A DNA stretch of 64,000 nt. Origin: Macrostomum lignano (lineage: Eukaryota). The notes beneath the pieces are model-generated. The model had not been told where the DNA came from and searched no databases. It saw only the letters and a program-made list of their open reading frames with translations. Position 1 is the stretch's first letter, and each line of letters starts with the position of its first letter. A program made the position numbers and the translations under genes. The stretch covers positions 310,001-374,000 of the forward strand of contig NIVC01000583.1 in the NCBI GenBank assembly GCA_002269645.1, in the 5' to 3' direction. Positions 23,201 to 36,409 of the stretch are shown in pieces.

Positions 23201-25848
23201 TTTTGAAATTTATACAAAGTAAAAACCGCTTGTTCCGTTCAAGTCCCGGTGTGCTACCTGTTAGCGTTGAGTCGGGGATGGAGCTGAGTCTCCGGGTGGG
23301 GCTCCAGATTCTCGTCACGCGAGCTGCGCTGTTGAGTGCCCTATAGCTTGAAAAGCAGCTGGCCAGCTCTCTAGGTAGGGTTCGACCAGTTCGCAGAGTT
23401 TAAAGTACCAACACAGCCCTCGTGTTGACTAAACTGTAGTCTGGGCTTCACTGCTACTTTAATCCGTTTATATAGGTTTGCATCAAGCGGATTAACTGGA
23501 TTATGCAGATTCCTAATCAGGATATTGGATTCCACAAAGGCAACAGAAAGTCTTCCTAATCCAGAAACTTATGTCACGCTATGCTTCGCTTTGAAAAATA
23601 AAATTTTACTTATTTTGATTCTGAAAGTGGATATGAACTATATGATCGTACCGCTAAATGCTACTACAAGTAGCCTAAAAGTAGTACATGTAGCCTACGT
23701 GAAAATACGAAGTGAATTATCTGGAAGAAATACATTTTAATACATTTCCAATTGAAGTTTTTGAAACTAAATTGAAAGTCTGAGGGAAAATTCTCTATAG
23801 AGTTTATGACAGGGTTCGGTATTTTAACTGGAGGGCCAGATAGAGAATCTAAGCAAGACTGCGGACCACAGAGAGGAGTGTGGAGGGGAGAGAAAAGAGA
23901 GGGGATAAGAGGGAGAGGAGAGGGGAGAGAGCTGAGGGGAGAGAAGAGGGAAGAGAGGAGATACGAGAGAGGCGGGATGAGAGATGAGAGGTGAGTGAGG
24001 AGAAGGCCGGCGGAGATGAGAGGAGAGAGGAAAGAGGAGAGAGGGAAGGTTAAATAGGAGAGGAGATTAGGGAAAAGCTGAGAAGAGACAAACCTTTAGC
24101 GGGCCGGATTGCTATTGTGAAGTTTCAAAGGCCTTGAGGGCCGGATAGAGAGGCTTTGCGGGTTGCTCTGCTATTAGGCACCAATTTCAAATATATTAGA
24201 ATGTCTGGGCTCCTGTACACCCTGTGTGAGTAGGAACTATGTGTGCTCAGGATTTAGTGGAATAGGTATGCCTGCCTGTCTAAATTGCGGCAGTGCCTAA
24301 AGGCCCCACCTGCGAGTATTCTGATTAACCATCTACCTCTAATTAATTTCACCCACAGCGCCGCTCTCGCATCGCCGCAAGGAGGCCCCTGTGCTGGCTG
24401 TGCCGCCCGTGTGCCGCGAGGACGACCTGGTCGCCGCCGCCGACGCGGCCGTTGACGAGCTGGCGCTGACGCTCAGCAAGGACAGTCGGGAACAGCAGCA
24501 GCAGCAGCTGACACAGCATCCAGCCAAGCCGTTACCGACGCCGACTCTCCCGGCGCCGACACCGCCTGCAATGAAAGGCAGCTCCAGTTCAGTGCTGGAG
24601 TACAGTGCTCAGCTATCAGCGGCGTCGCATCAGCATCAGCAACAGCCGGCGCTGTCGGCGTCCACATCGATGCTCAATGCGTCAACAATGCCGTCGCACT
24701 CCGCGCTGCCGCAGCAGCAGCCGAATTACTTCTTAGAGCAATTAAAGCGTCAGCAGATGCTGCTTCAACAGCGCAAGCTCGACTATCAGCAGCAGCAGCA
24801 CACTCCCGTATGCGAAGAGTTTGTAGTGGAAAAGCCCAAGAGAAAGTACACGCGCAGGAAGCCGCTGAATCAGCCAGCGAAGACGACTAAAAAGAAGACG
24901 TCGCCCGCTGGGAAGCTCGCGCGGATGCACAAACTGAATTCTGCTGCTGGGGGCTCTTCAACCATAGATCTGACCACCGAAGACGACGCGTCGATGCAGC
25001 AGCGGCAGCAGCTGCAGCAGTCGGTTTGCGGACAGATGTCGAGTCCGTATCTGCACTATCAGCTTCCAATGCGGGCGATGCCGCCAATGTCGATGCCGCA
25101 GCAGCAGGCACCGCCGCCTTCTCAAGTAGTTTTAGCCGCAATCCGGCAACAGCAGCAGCAACAGCAGCAGCAACAGCAGCAGCAACAGCAGCAGCAACAG
25201 CAGAAACAACAGCAGCAGCTCATGATGATGCAGAAACGGTCTAGTAGCGGACGTTACGGCATTCTGCCACCGCCACAGATGCTGCCGATTCCTCCGCTGT
25301 CACCGTTGCCGCCGATGTCGCCGCCGCCTCCACCGCTATTGCAGCCGTCAGGAATTGTCAAGCAGCAGCGGCGAGAGGGGCATGTCGGTGCCAGCATGCC
25401 AGTGTGGGCCAACGCCTATCCAAACCAACCGGTTTCGTCTTTAACGTTGCCCGTGTCAGCCGCATTTTCGCATTTCCAATCGCCAATAGACGCAGTTTAT
25501 GCCCAGAATGTTCAGCAGCAACAGCCGCGACAGCAGCATTTTATACCAGAACGCTCGACTGCTGGATTTCAGCAACAGCCGCCATTTTACAGCAGCCTGC
25601 ACGGCTCTGCATGGCCAGTCGATGGTGCTTCAGCAGCTGCGTCGAGCGGTGCTTCGGCAACAAGTCGGGTGCTGCATCCGACACCGATCAGGCCGGTGCC
25701 AGGCGGTCGAATGCCGCCGCCTCCTTGGCTGCAGGCGGGCCAACAGCAGGTGCAACAAGGACTACTGCCGGCCTCTCGAGGCCAGGAAAAGTCGACGGAA
25801 CGGGCGGCCAATTCAGCCAGCGATCTGCTCTGCAACCCGTTAAGCTGA
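20210..25848 (+). CDS. Four-exon gene, about 726-aa Q/P/S-rich disordered protein with basic NLS-like motifs
   Basis: Exons 20210-20405, 21860-22262, 22391-22482 and 24359-25848 join in frame at GT-AG sites (phases 1, 2, 1), total 2181 nt. Motifs PKRAK, PPKKRR, KPKRKYTRRKP and a run of about 19 Q. The start codon is inferred. Confidence 0.75.
21309..21322. promoter_or_regulatory. Candidate RFX X-box in intron 1
   Basis: GTTACCATAGAAAC. Confidence 0.35.
22570..23038. mobile_element. Intronic hAT-type MITE with an internal 21-bp tandem array
   Basis: Ends CAGGGGCGTCGCCA / TGGCGACGCGCCTG. Flanks TTGCTAAG / TTGTCAAG (6/8 TSD match). About 10 copies of GCACTCATTTTAGCGCCGCAG at 22680-22890. Confidence 0.8.
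23875..24090. repeat. Purine-rich (GA/GGA) low-complexity tract
   Basis: Almost pure A/G on the plus strand. Flanked by GGGCCGGAT motifs suggestive of a decayed hAT end. Confidence 0.8.
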
Positions 25849-28800
25849 CTGCTTAGGGACACATTCATTAGTTGACAATTTTTTTGCATAAAGTTGAAAT
25901 CGTTTCATACTTTAATAAAGCACATCATTTTTTAGCATAAGCTCCCTCATAGCATTTATAAAACAAATTATATCTAGCTACAGCTATAATAGCAATTAAC
26001 CCAACCGTACTTCAGAAACATTCTGCAACACATTGTTGGCCTAGTTATTGATTTTATCGATCAATTATGGCAGTCACAATAATTATTAAATCAAATTAAT
26101 GCACACAGTTTCGCTTTTATATTAATTAGTAAAACAAAAACTGGGACTGAGGAGCAATTGAGTTAGCCATTTGTTTAGCTGAACGCAAACTTTTCGTAAT
26201 AAATATTTACTAATAAACATTTGTTCATAAACATTGGTTATTAAACACTTATTGATGAATATTTGTTAATAGATTGAACCGTATCAATAAATACTTGTTT
26301 TTAAACATTTGCTAATAAAAATTTGTTAACACATTTTTATAGCATTTGCTGGGTCGTTCTCAAAGCTAGGTCACAACTTTTTGTTATTGCAAAAAAAGTT
26401 TATACATCGAGCAATAATCGTACAAAAAAAATTATTTCGACAATTTCTGTAAGAAGCTGCTACTAAAACCACAAGAAAACTTGAAATTGAGAAGAAATCA
26501 AGGCTATTTGTTATTCTTTGTTGCGGAAAATAAACGACAAAAATATTAAAGAGAAAATAAAATTTTCTTCTATTTTTATTTTAAATATGCAGTTAAATTT
26601 CTTTTGCAAAAATAAAAGAACAAGAAATTGACAAAGGAAATGTTTTTGAGCACAGCATTTTGTTACTCTGCTCCAAATCCCAGACATTTAAAATTATCGT
26701 GTGCGAAAAAGTGCGAAATTATTATAGCATGCACTCGAAAGGACTTCGATCAGTTTAACTAATCACTGAATTAAGAAGTCTAAATAAGTCTTGAAAGGTT
26801 GAATTAAAAATCAAGTTTTCACTATGTATCTTTTCAAAGTCAAGATGATTCGACAAATAAAGAATGTTCATTTTTACGGTGAATAGAATTGTTCATTTTT
26901 ACATTAAATATAATAAAATCTAACTAATAATAGAAAAAGTCAGGGAACTATCCTTGAACACCAAAAAGCACATTGTGGATTTAATATCAACTGCATGTTC
27001 CTTAATAAAGGAATTTGGATTCTAGTATATATTTGATTATTTGTAGCATAATTTCTGAAAACTATAACTTGCTTGATTTTACTTTAAGTACTTATTACAT
27101 TAATACTTATACCAAAGCTACATGTACTTAAAATAAAAAATTATAGTTACTTATTAGACATTTTACTCCAAATAACTTAAAATAATTCAAATTTATTTTA
27201 ATTAATTCATTTTTTGAAACTTTTTGGAAAATAGACAAAATTGAATTATTTAATTACCAAAAACCTACTAGCTTAACTAAAATAGCAATTAGTCTTTAAG
27301 AAAAGATTTCACTTGTTAATTGAGAAAAATGAGGATGTGCGAGGTGTAAAAATGCGAAAGAGCATGCAGGAAACAGAGACAAACAAAAATGTAGGTAAAA
27401 GACACTGCACATGCACATAATATGATAACCAGACATAATGCGCACACTGAAACACCAGTAGCAATGACGCCCAAGCTTTTGATGATCACAAGCGAAAAGG
27501 CAAAACCCAGCCATCAATCAAAGAAGTAGACTTTAGCACGCATCTTGAGTGCATCACGCATTTTTGCAGAGAAGCTCGAAAATTAACATTGTATTCTGTG
27601 CACAACCACCAACTGCGACAGGGTCTGCCGGGGGATTTGTGGGCACGCGGTCGCGGATACAAATCGGAGGAGTCGCTGACCATTCTGAAATTACTAGCTA
27701 GTACATGTAATTTTGTGTATTAATATATTTAGCCCGCTTTATTTCTATGCTCTCGTCCGCCTCTCGTTAATGCATCCCCAGACTCTTGCAATAATCAAAC
27801 TTATGATCGACCTATGCATGGCTTCCGTCCCTCGCTTTGAATCTCTCACCTCCCCATAGTTCCATCAACCTTACCTTAGTGGCTTCCTATGCAAAAATCA
27901 TCCCTCCGCATCTTACACAGGCTACTTCAGGCTGTAGACTGTACTACACTTTTACTTCAGTAATTAGTTGCGCTATAAGGAATCTACATGTATTTTGCTC
28001 GCAGCGCAGCGCGCTGCTCAAAGAAGTTTAGTTCTATCTAGATATTATAGTAATTTCAGGTTTGTCCATAGACTAGAGCTCATGAGATGAGAATTCCATT
28101 AACTAGTACATTTAATATGAATGAACTGCGTGTGTGTGTGCTGTGCATACATATGTATAATATACGAGTAGTTTATGGGCCAAATTATTGTGTGGCACAA
28201 TTCTTGGCATCACTCAGCAGGCACAAGATGCAGTTAAGCAGCGCACGAAAATTCTACAAAAGAAATTGAGCCTGGTTGAGGTGATGCGAGGAGGCAGATC
28301 CACACAATCTCAGTGAATACACCAGACTGCACCAGATACGAGTCCAGTCGAATGTGCGCACTGGTCTAAGCAGCACACGCATGTCCTTCTGACAATGACG
28401 GCACCTAGCTTCGTCCAAGCCTTTGCCAGCGTCACTGACAGCGTCAATACTACCATGTAGTGCCACCTGCAGCACCGACAACGGCAATTCCTCCAGTTAG
28501 CCCACAACAGTGGCTAAACTGAGGGACAGGGAACCTACCCACAGAAGACACACACATACACACACAGCACCGGCAGCAGCACTCTGACAGCATAACCTGA
28601 AGCTCCATGAGCTCAGTTTTCAAGCATTGAAGAAGCAGAAGCAGTCATCTTGGATCCAGGGATCAGGAAGAGTGTTGCATGTCCGACATGTGCTGTTTCC
28701 GTGGCAAAAGGTGATGGAGCAAATTAATCAACACTTACTATCTAGCTCGTATTAAGACTAAAAAACTGAGGCAAGCTGGGATTAAACCAAAGAAAATTTT

Positions 28801-30859
28801 TTACTATACTTTTTTACCATACTTTTACTATACTTCTATAGTATAGTAGAGAGGTACTCTATTTAAATGCAGTAAGAAGTGAAACAAATTTATATATTTA
28901 ATTATTAAATTAAATTAATTCAAGGTAAATAACTAATTTAACCAATTTATTAGGAGTATTTATTATTATAATAAATTGATTTTTATACCTTACACGAAAT
29001 AAGCTCTACATTCATTTCTTAGCTTGGGGCCCATCTGTATAAGGTCAGTTTCTTCAAAATGCTGATTAATTAATTAAGGCCTGTTGTCTTTACTTAAATT
29101 TATAAGGGCATCTTAGAAGTTAATATTACTATATAATACATGTATAATAGTATTACCATATTATGATAATATAGTTGCAATTTTAATGACTATTGAATAA
29201 GTTTAAATGCTTCCCCTATTGACTCTAAATATATGGTATCTTTCCCTTCAGAAAAAATTAGCATAGAATGACTTGATGAAAACAAAAAAAAAATCATTTC
29301 GAGATACACATTTGCTGATCATTCAGGTCAAATTTCAAGGTCCAGTTTTGCACATGTTTCTCTGTAGCTTGGTTACAAGGATTTTAATAAAAATATAATA
29401 AATATGTCCAATGAACTAACAGATACATAGCCAAATTGAAGTATTTTCAAAAACAAAAAAATCATTTGCTCAGTTTACTTTACTGGATATCTTTGTAAAA
29501 TTTCAGCTCAAAAGGTGCTCCATGGAGAATGCTAGTGTGGTTACAGGATATTTATTTTGTGCTTCAAAGTAGGAGTTTATTGCGATGCATGGTTGCTTTT
29601 AATTATTTTTATCAACAATAGTGCTCTATTTCATAACAATTTTTTACAAAAAGATAATAAGACATGTTTTTCTAATTATCTGCATCAAAATGTATCATTT
29701 TAAGCACGCATTCTAGACGTCAGCCGAAAAATACATTTTGTGAGACGCAAAGAGGCTATCCCACCGGAAATGCTAGGCGTACAGTTAAGCGTCTATAAAA
29801 TCATTTGTAGTGCAGTTTATTGGGCTTTAAAAAATTCTTAAATTAAATTTATATAAGCTTTCATTTTAAATGTAATATAGCAAGGTTTCAACACAACAAC
29901 AACTTTTTTTAGCTACAGACATCTTGTAGTATCAAAAATTAACATCGGTGAAATGATTGAATTTGAATTTTTTCATCGCTAATTATCGCTTAATACCGCC
30001 AGATGATTAAAAACACTTTTGTATGATAAAGTTCAACCCAAAAATTATCTTTATTGACAGATAAAAGTGTCCTATTTTTTTCAATATGGCAGTAACAATA
30101 GTAAATGTTCGGAAAATTGTTAAAATTTTTGCTCCTCCTAGAATTTGCGAACGACCCTGCTATACACAAACGTTACATTTGTTAATAATTTTTTTAAATA
30201 AAAAACTTGTAAATAAACAATTGCCATTTAACAAACAACAAACTCGTTGCACCATTAATTTGTCGTTTACTGACTGTCATGCAAAGCTAACCATTTAATT
30301 TCTTCGTTGTCAAACCGTTTGATTGCTACCACCTGTGTTTGTTTCACTTGTTTTCCTCTAGCTGTTTGTTCTATTTGACTGCTTTCCCAAATCCCAACCC
30401 GTGCTTGAACTGTTTATTTACTAAAAAACCTTTTTTTTCTGTTGATATGAAATTTTAAATCGAAGGCTTGAAATCTAACAAAAATCTAACTAATTCCTTG
30501 TAAAAGTATTCACAAAATTTCTAGTATCAATAACTTTAATGAAAAAAAATAAATCAAGAAGTCAATAAAAGGCTTTCATTAAATTCACCGATTTTTTCGA
30601 TCTCTTTTAAAGTGGCTTTGGACCCTTTGTGGGCCAGAAATATGATTTTAATTCGATGTTTTAAACGATGTTTAAAAAAAACTGTCTGTTTATATTCGTA
30701 GAGCACAAAAATTTGTTGAGCTAGGTTTTACCATGCAGTATATTGTTATTATTACTAGTTTTTAACGGTTGAAGAGTTGAACTTCGGCTGGAACGTCATT
30801 TAATATTGGCCAACACGCTGAACACGGTGTCTAGCTGAAATTCAGGTTTCAAATTTGCG

Positions 30860-31170
30860 GACATCAAATTAATTCAGTGCGTGATGTAGCTTAAATAGTG
30901 ACAGGACATCAAATCCAGTGTGTGATCTAGCCTAAATAGTGACAGGACATCAAATCCAGTGTGTGATCTAGCCTAAATAGTGACAGGACATCAAATCCAG
31001 TGTGTGATCTAGCCTAAATAGTGACAGGACATCAAATCCAGTGTGTGATCTAGCCTAAATAGTGACAGGACATCAAATCCAGTGTGTGATCTAGCCTAAA
31101 TAGTGACAGGACATCAAATCCAGTGTGTGATCTAGCCTAAATAGTGACAGGACATCAAATCCAGTGTGTG
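30860..31170. repeat. 41-bp minisatellite, about 7 copies
   Basis: Unit GACATCAAATCCAGTGTGTGATCTAGCCTAAATAGTGACAG, head to tail with no spacers. Confidence 0.95.
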
Positions 31171-32073
31171 ATAACGCAGCAGTTATGCGTCCCCCGCGCT
31201 GCCTTGCCTGCTCCTGCGACTCCAAGAAATCGGTGGCCTGACCCAGCAGCAGGCGGCCCTCGTCAGTTCGAATGCTAATTTTGGCCAGGTCGCCAGACAT
31301 CCACTGGTAGCCCGCGTAACGCAGCGGGTCCGGCTTGGGCAGAGTCTCGCTGTCAATATCGTCACCCGATCGAGTTTTCGAGTCGATTTCGGCTAGGTAA
31401 AAAGTCTCTTTGATTCGTTTACTGAAAGGTGGACACGCGGATTTTGTAAAGCGAGAAATTACAGCTGACATCACAGTGGCCACCTTAGTGGGCATCAAAG
31501 CGGAAATCTCAGTGGGCATCCCAGTGGGCATCTCAGTGGACATCTTAGTGGACATCTCAGTGTACATCTCAGTCGGTATCTCCGTGGACATCTCGGTGTG
31601 ACATCTCAGTGGACATCTTGCTGACAAAATTTAGAACATTACATTATAAACGCGAAGGTCACATCGTTACAGTCGCAGTGCAAAGAACCTATGCGCGCAA
31701 AAGGGAACGAGGTTTGTCAAACAAAACTTTTCCCTTTGGGTAAAACCCTGCGGGTAAACCACACGGGACAACAGAAGCTCAAGTGGTTCACACACCCAGC
31801 CTCCGAGAAGGTGGACATCCGTAAGAAGTCCCGGTGCAGCCGGAAACAATCCGGCCAGATGCCCGTACTCTGGTGCACATTGCGCAGTGCCACCAGGCGA
31901 ATGTCGTCCTGACGCTCGTCCAGCGAACCCTTGGGTAGGTCCCACAGCTGCCTCTGGTTCGAATCCGCTGACTCCAATCGACGGCGTAGCATCAAAAATT
32001 CGAAGCCGTTGCCCTTCCGGTACAGAATGACTCCGGCTCGAAGCACTTCTTCGCTGCTTGTCGACGAAGCCAT
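31091..32073 (-). CDS. Nudix-fold protein similar to Ap4A hydrolase (NUDT2) with a degenerate Nudix box
   Basis: Exons 32073-31796 and 31421-31091 (phase 2, GT-AG). LRAGVILYR..FEFLML..WDLPKG..KETFYLAEI..YQWM follow the NUDT2 pattern. The C-terminus runs into the 41-bp repeat, so the stop position is uncertain. Confidence 0.8.
31490..31622. repeat. 12-bp intronic tandem repeat
   Basis: About 10 copies of GTGGACATCTCA. Confidence 0.85.
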
Positions 32074-32367
32074 TGGTCTGGACTGGGCGCTAGATCTTGC
32101 TTGATTATCTCTGCTTAAGCGGGCTTGAAAAAATGAGTAGCTACGTGTATATTTGAGTGCCTCATCTCAGGCTGATTGCCATAGACTAATTTTAACTTTT
32201 TTACTTCCTCATCTAATACTCTATGAGTAGCATGTCCGCATGCTACACTAATTAAGGGGAGTAGTCAGTTCAGTACATGTCGTTACGCATCTAGCTTTAA
32301 AGCTAAGAGAAAACCGGGCCTCCTGGCATTTATTCGAAAAAGCCTTTTAATTAGGCTGAAATTCTGG

Positions 32368-33147
32368 CCAGACCAGATTAGATCAGACCAGACCAGACCA
32401 GACCAGACCAGACCAGACCAGACCAGACCAGACCAGACCAGACCAGACCAGAACAGACCAGACCAGACCTGACCTGACCAGACCAGACCAGACCAGACCA
32501 GACCAGACCAGACCAGACCAGACTAGACAAGATCAGACTAGACCAGACCAGACCAGACCAGACTAGACAAGATCAGACTAGACCAGACCAGACCAGACCA
32601 GACCAGACCAGACCAGACCAGACCAGAACAGACCAGACCAGACCTGACCAGACCAGACCAGACCAGAACAGACCAGACCAGACCAGACCAGACCTGACCA
32701 GACCAGACCAGACCAGACCAGACCAGACCAGACCAGACTAGACAAGATCAGACTAGACCAGACCAGACCAGACCAGACCAGACCAGACCAGACCAGACCA
32801 GAACAGACCAGACCAGACCTGACCAGACCAGACCAGACCTGACCTGACCAGACCAGACCAGACCAGACCAGACCAGACCAGAACAGACCAGACCAGACCT
32901 GACCTGACCAGACCAGACCAGACCAGACCAGACCAGACCAGGCTAGACAAGATCAGACTAGACCAGACCAGACCAGACCAGACTAGACAAGATCAGACTA
33001 GACCAGACCAGACCAAATCAGACCAGACCAAATCAGACCAGACCAAATCAGACCAGACCAAATCAGACCAGACCAAATCAGACCTGACCAGACCAGACCT
33101 GACCAGATCAGACCCGACCAGATTAGATCAGATAAGACCAGACCAGA
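32368..33147. repeat. (GACCA)n pentanucleotide satellite
   Basis: Direct reading. Variants GACCT, GAACA, GACTA and AATCA. Ends ...GACCAGATCGAGTGACTC. Confidence 0.97.
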
Positions 33148-34819
33148 TCGAGTGACTCCGATCTACGGCAACTACGGCTCTACGATTTTCGGCTACGTTT
33201 GCCGGCCTTATACCGTCTGTAGAAGAGCGAATAAAAATCGAATGTTTTGTACATTGTGTCAAAATAATCATCAAATTTTGCTCAAAAATTGAAATTAGCT
33301 TTTAGATTTCTGATTAAGAAATGTTTGGGGAATTCATGGTATTAAGCTTATTGTTAAGGTGCAGCAATAAGGTGCAATTAGCTTGCTTGGTTGGCAGTAA
33401 AAATTGAACACGTAAATCTTGATATTAGCTCCAATTTTATCTCCCTCACCAGAAGCGGGGCGGCTGTGGACACGGGTGGGCAACAAGTAGAGGCACGCAA
33501 AAGATTAGCTTAAAGAGTTCACGAACTTGCTTTAATATTTGCTCAAACTTATAACTTCTATTATTGCTTATTTTCGTTGTCAACGACTTGAAGCAACTTA
33601 CAATTAATGTATTTATTCAGCTCAACGTTTTTGAACCAAACTTTCTTGAAGCAATGAATAAAAATATTTAATGATTACTTCGAACATCCAGTGCAGGCAG
33701 GGAGCTGGCAGAAGAATTAGGCATCTCTGAGCACGAGAGAAGCTAAACACAAAAACACTATTCCAATTCCACAAGTCATTGCCACAAGACCTTGACAGAA
33801 TTCAAGCAACTCCATGGCCGCAAACCTGTACGCTGAGGCCTTCAACAAGTGGCTGGTGAGCTGGGAATGCATTGAGAAGGGGTGGTGACTGTGTTGAAAA
33901 GTGACTATGCTGCTTGTTCTGGTTGTTTCTTTTTTTCCTTAGTTACAGCAGCTGTCCTTTTTTTCACCGGACAACAACGGACTTAAATATAGAATATTTT
34001 GCACACTTACCGACGTACAGTTATTCTTTTACGCGTAGGGTTTTGGCCATTGAAAAAGGAGTGGAATTCCGAAAATGTTCTATTTTAGTTTAGTTTAGAA
34101 GAAAGAGAAAAAATGCAGTTCTTTTTGGGTTTTGAACAACCCAAAAGTTTTTGGGTTTTTGGGTTTATTGATTGCTTAAACAACAAATTGCCCTGACTGA
34201 ACGCTGAAATACTCTCCGGCTTTTCAGAGACAGGCTTTGCAACTTGATGATGGTACTGATGGCGGCTGAGGAGCGACTGCACCTGCATATCAATGCATCA
34301 ATCAATGTAACTCACAGAATTTGTATTGTTGACATATTATTTGTATTGAGTTTTTATTACCATTAGCATAATCTGTAATTATGCTAACTATGCTATTAAT
34401 AACTAACATTGATCTGTTAATTCTGTTGATGTTGCGTTAAAATTCAAAATACACTCATATTGATGATGATGCTCATGTGTGAGTTCGGCATGCATCTGTC
34501 AAGCGGGAATAATTAAGCAGTTTCTTTGATTTTGAAGAAATGTGATGACAGCACTGGTACAGGACAGTTGGTGACACACATCACATGCACACGGAGTTCC
34601 TAATTAACATGAAATGCCCAGGTCCTGCAAGCTCAGCTCGAGCAGTCATAATTATAGAATTAGCACATGCGAAATGCAAATGTCATGTCAGTCATGACAG
34701 CTCTCATTCAATCTCATTGATTCCCCATTGAGCATTGGCATCTCATTGATTCCCCATTGAGCATTGGCATCTCATTGGTTCCAATCTCAATCAGACCAGA
34801 CCAGACCAGACCAGACCAG

Positions 34820-35982
34820 CCTGCGAGACCTGGAATCAGCGGGAGGCCTGCTGACCCTCTCGGACAGAATTCCGTCCACGCTCTGCCCTCCGCTCAAATT
34901 CAAAACCAGCATTCCACCACGTTATGAAGCAAGGGACAACTGAAAATCCCGTGAAATCCACTGCTTCACTGACGGGTCCCAAATCAACTCCGCCTCTGGC
35001 TACGGCTACTGCATCGTGTCTGGAGGGAGAACTGTGGCGACATTCTCCCAGCACACCGGCACCTGCTCCACCGTCTTCCAGAACGAAGTTCTCGCCATCA
35101 GCTCCTGCGCCATGGAGCTGTACAATCAGCGTGTCTGGGGGAAGGAGATTACCTTCCACTCGGACAGTCAAGCGGCTATCCACGCCCTTGAGCGCACCAC
35201 CACCTGCTCGCATACAGTCCTTGACTGCATCGGGCAGCTCAACCGCTTAGGCGCCTCTAACAAGGTGTCCCTAACAAGGGATCCCCGGGCACTCGGGCCA
35301 TCCCGGCAACGAGTTGGCCGATCGCCTGGCCAAGGCTGGCTCGACAGGTTCTTTTACTGGTCCTCTGCCCGTGGCCCCCACCCCCACCGCCGTTGTCACC
35401 ACTCGGATCAACCAGTGGGTGGCTTCAAAGCACAGGGAGAGGTGGGCTAACGCCCCCGACTGCCAGCAATCCCGCGCGGCTGTCCCCTGTCCCTCCCCCG
35501 CCCTTCGCAAGGCCCTGCTTGGACTCAACCGTAGGGACATCAGGGCGGTTACCATGGCCCTCTCGGGTCATGGCTGCTTTGCCAGGCATCGTTACCTCCA
35601 GGAGAAAATCCGCAGTGAGGAATGCCCTTTCTGCCTCTCCGGTGTCGAGAATGCGGAGCACTTCATCTGTGAATGCCCCGCCTTTACTCAGGACAGGCTC
35701 ACCTACCTCGGCCCAAACCCGGACCTCTCCGACGTTTTCAGGCCCGAGAATCTCTGCCAGCTCGTCCGCTACCTAAGGGCTACCGGGCGAGTGACAATCC
35801 ACCTCCTGGACTCTCCGGAGGGGGACCGCGCTGCAGACACCGGCATGCACCACCGGAACTCCCTGCGCGACACCGCAGCACTAGCTGCCCGTGGTCGCCA
35901 GGGGTTAGCGAAATGGGCGGCAACGCCTCCTCGCTGTTTGCGGACGCACGGAGCCCCCTGCAGCTAAGTCAAGTAAGTCAAG
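34820..35982 (+). mobile_element. 5'-truncated LOA-type LINE (RNase H + C-terminal zinc knuckle + 3' UTR)
   Basis: [45 protein letters not shown] and [17 protein letters not shown]. One stop and a frameshift. TAAGTCAAGTAAGTCAAG tail; GACCA repeats on both sides. Confidence 0.9.
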
Positions 35983-36064
35983 ACCAGACCAGACCTGACC
36001 TGACCAGACCAGATCAGACCCGGCCAGATTAGAACAGACAAGACCAGACCAGATCGAGTGACTC
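35983..36064. repeat. GACCA tract ending in the same cassette as the 32.4-33.1 kb array
   Basis: GACCAGATCAGACCCGRCCAGATTAGAWCAGAYAAGACCAGACCAGATCGAGTGACTC is shared with about 33100-33157. Confidence 0.85.
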
Positions 36065-36409
36065 GATAAATAAAAATATAAAAAGTACACGTTAGTAAAT
36101 ATAGTATTCAACAAGATTTATTAGTTATTTGAGAATAATATATTGCTTCTATTTCAGCTGCAACTTGCTCAAAAAGAATCACAACTGACTGCGACTACTG
36201 TACAGTACTATTGTCAGTAAAGTTTAGCGCAAAAATGTCAAGCGAAAACATAAGTAGCATACAGCAGGCACTACAGCATACATTAATTAAACACAGAAAC
36301 CATTAAAAATGGAATGAAGACTAGAAAAGCTGAAAACGTGCACTTTGTTTACTGCAATTATGAAGAAAGCTTCTAATAACTAGAATTAGGCTAATTGCTA
36401 ATTGCTTAG

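Noticed and set aside
28640-28730. RKSVACPTCAVSVAKGDGAN, reminiscent of an RBR RING2 start
   Set aside because: It is followed immediately by a stop, the other zinc ligands are absent, and no supporting frame exists.
30860-31170. CRISPR-like regular repeats (also 36410-36890)
   Set aside because: Head-to-tail units without unique spacers, no cas genes, and a eukaryotic context.
31956-31966. GGTTCGAATCC tRNA T-loop/B-box motif
   Set aside because: It lies within the Nudix CDS and there is no cloverleaf or A-box.
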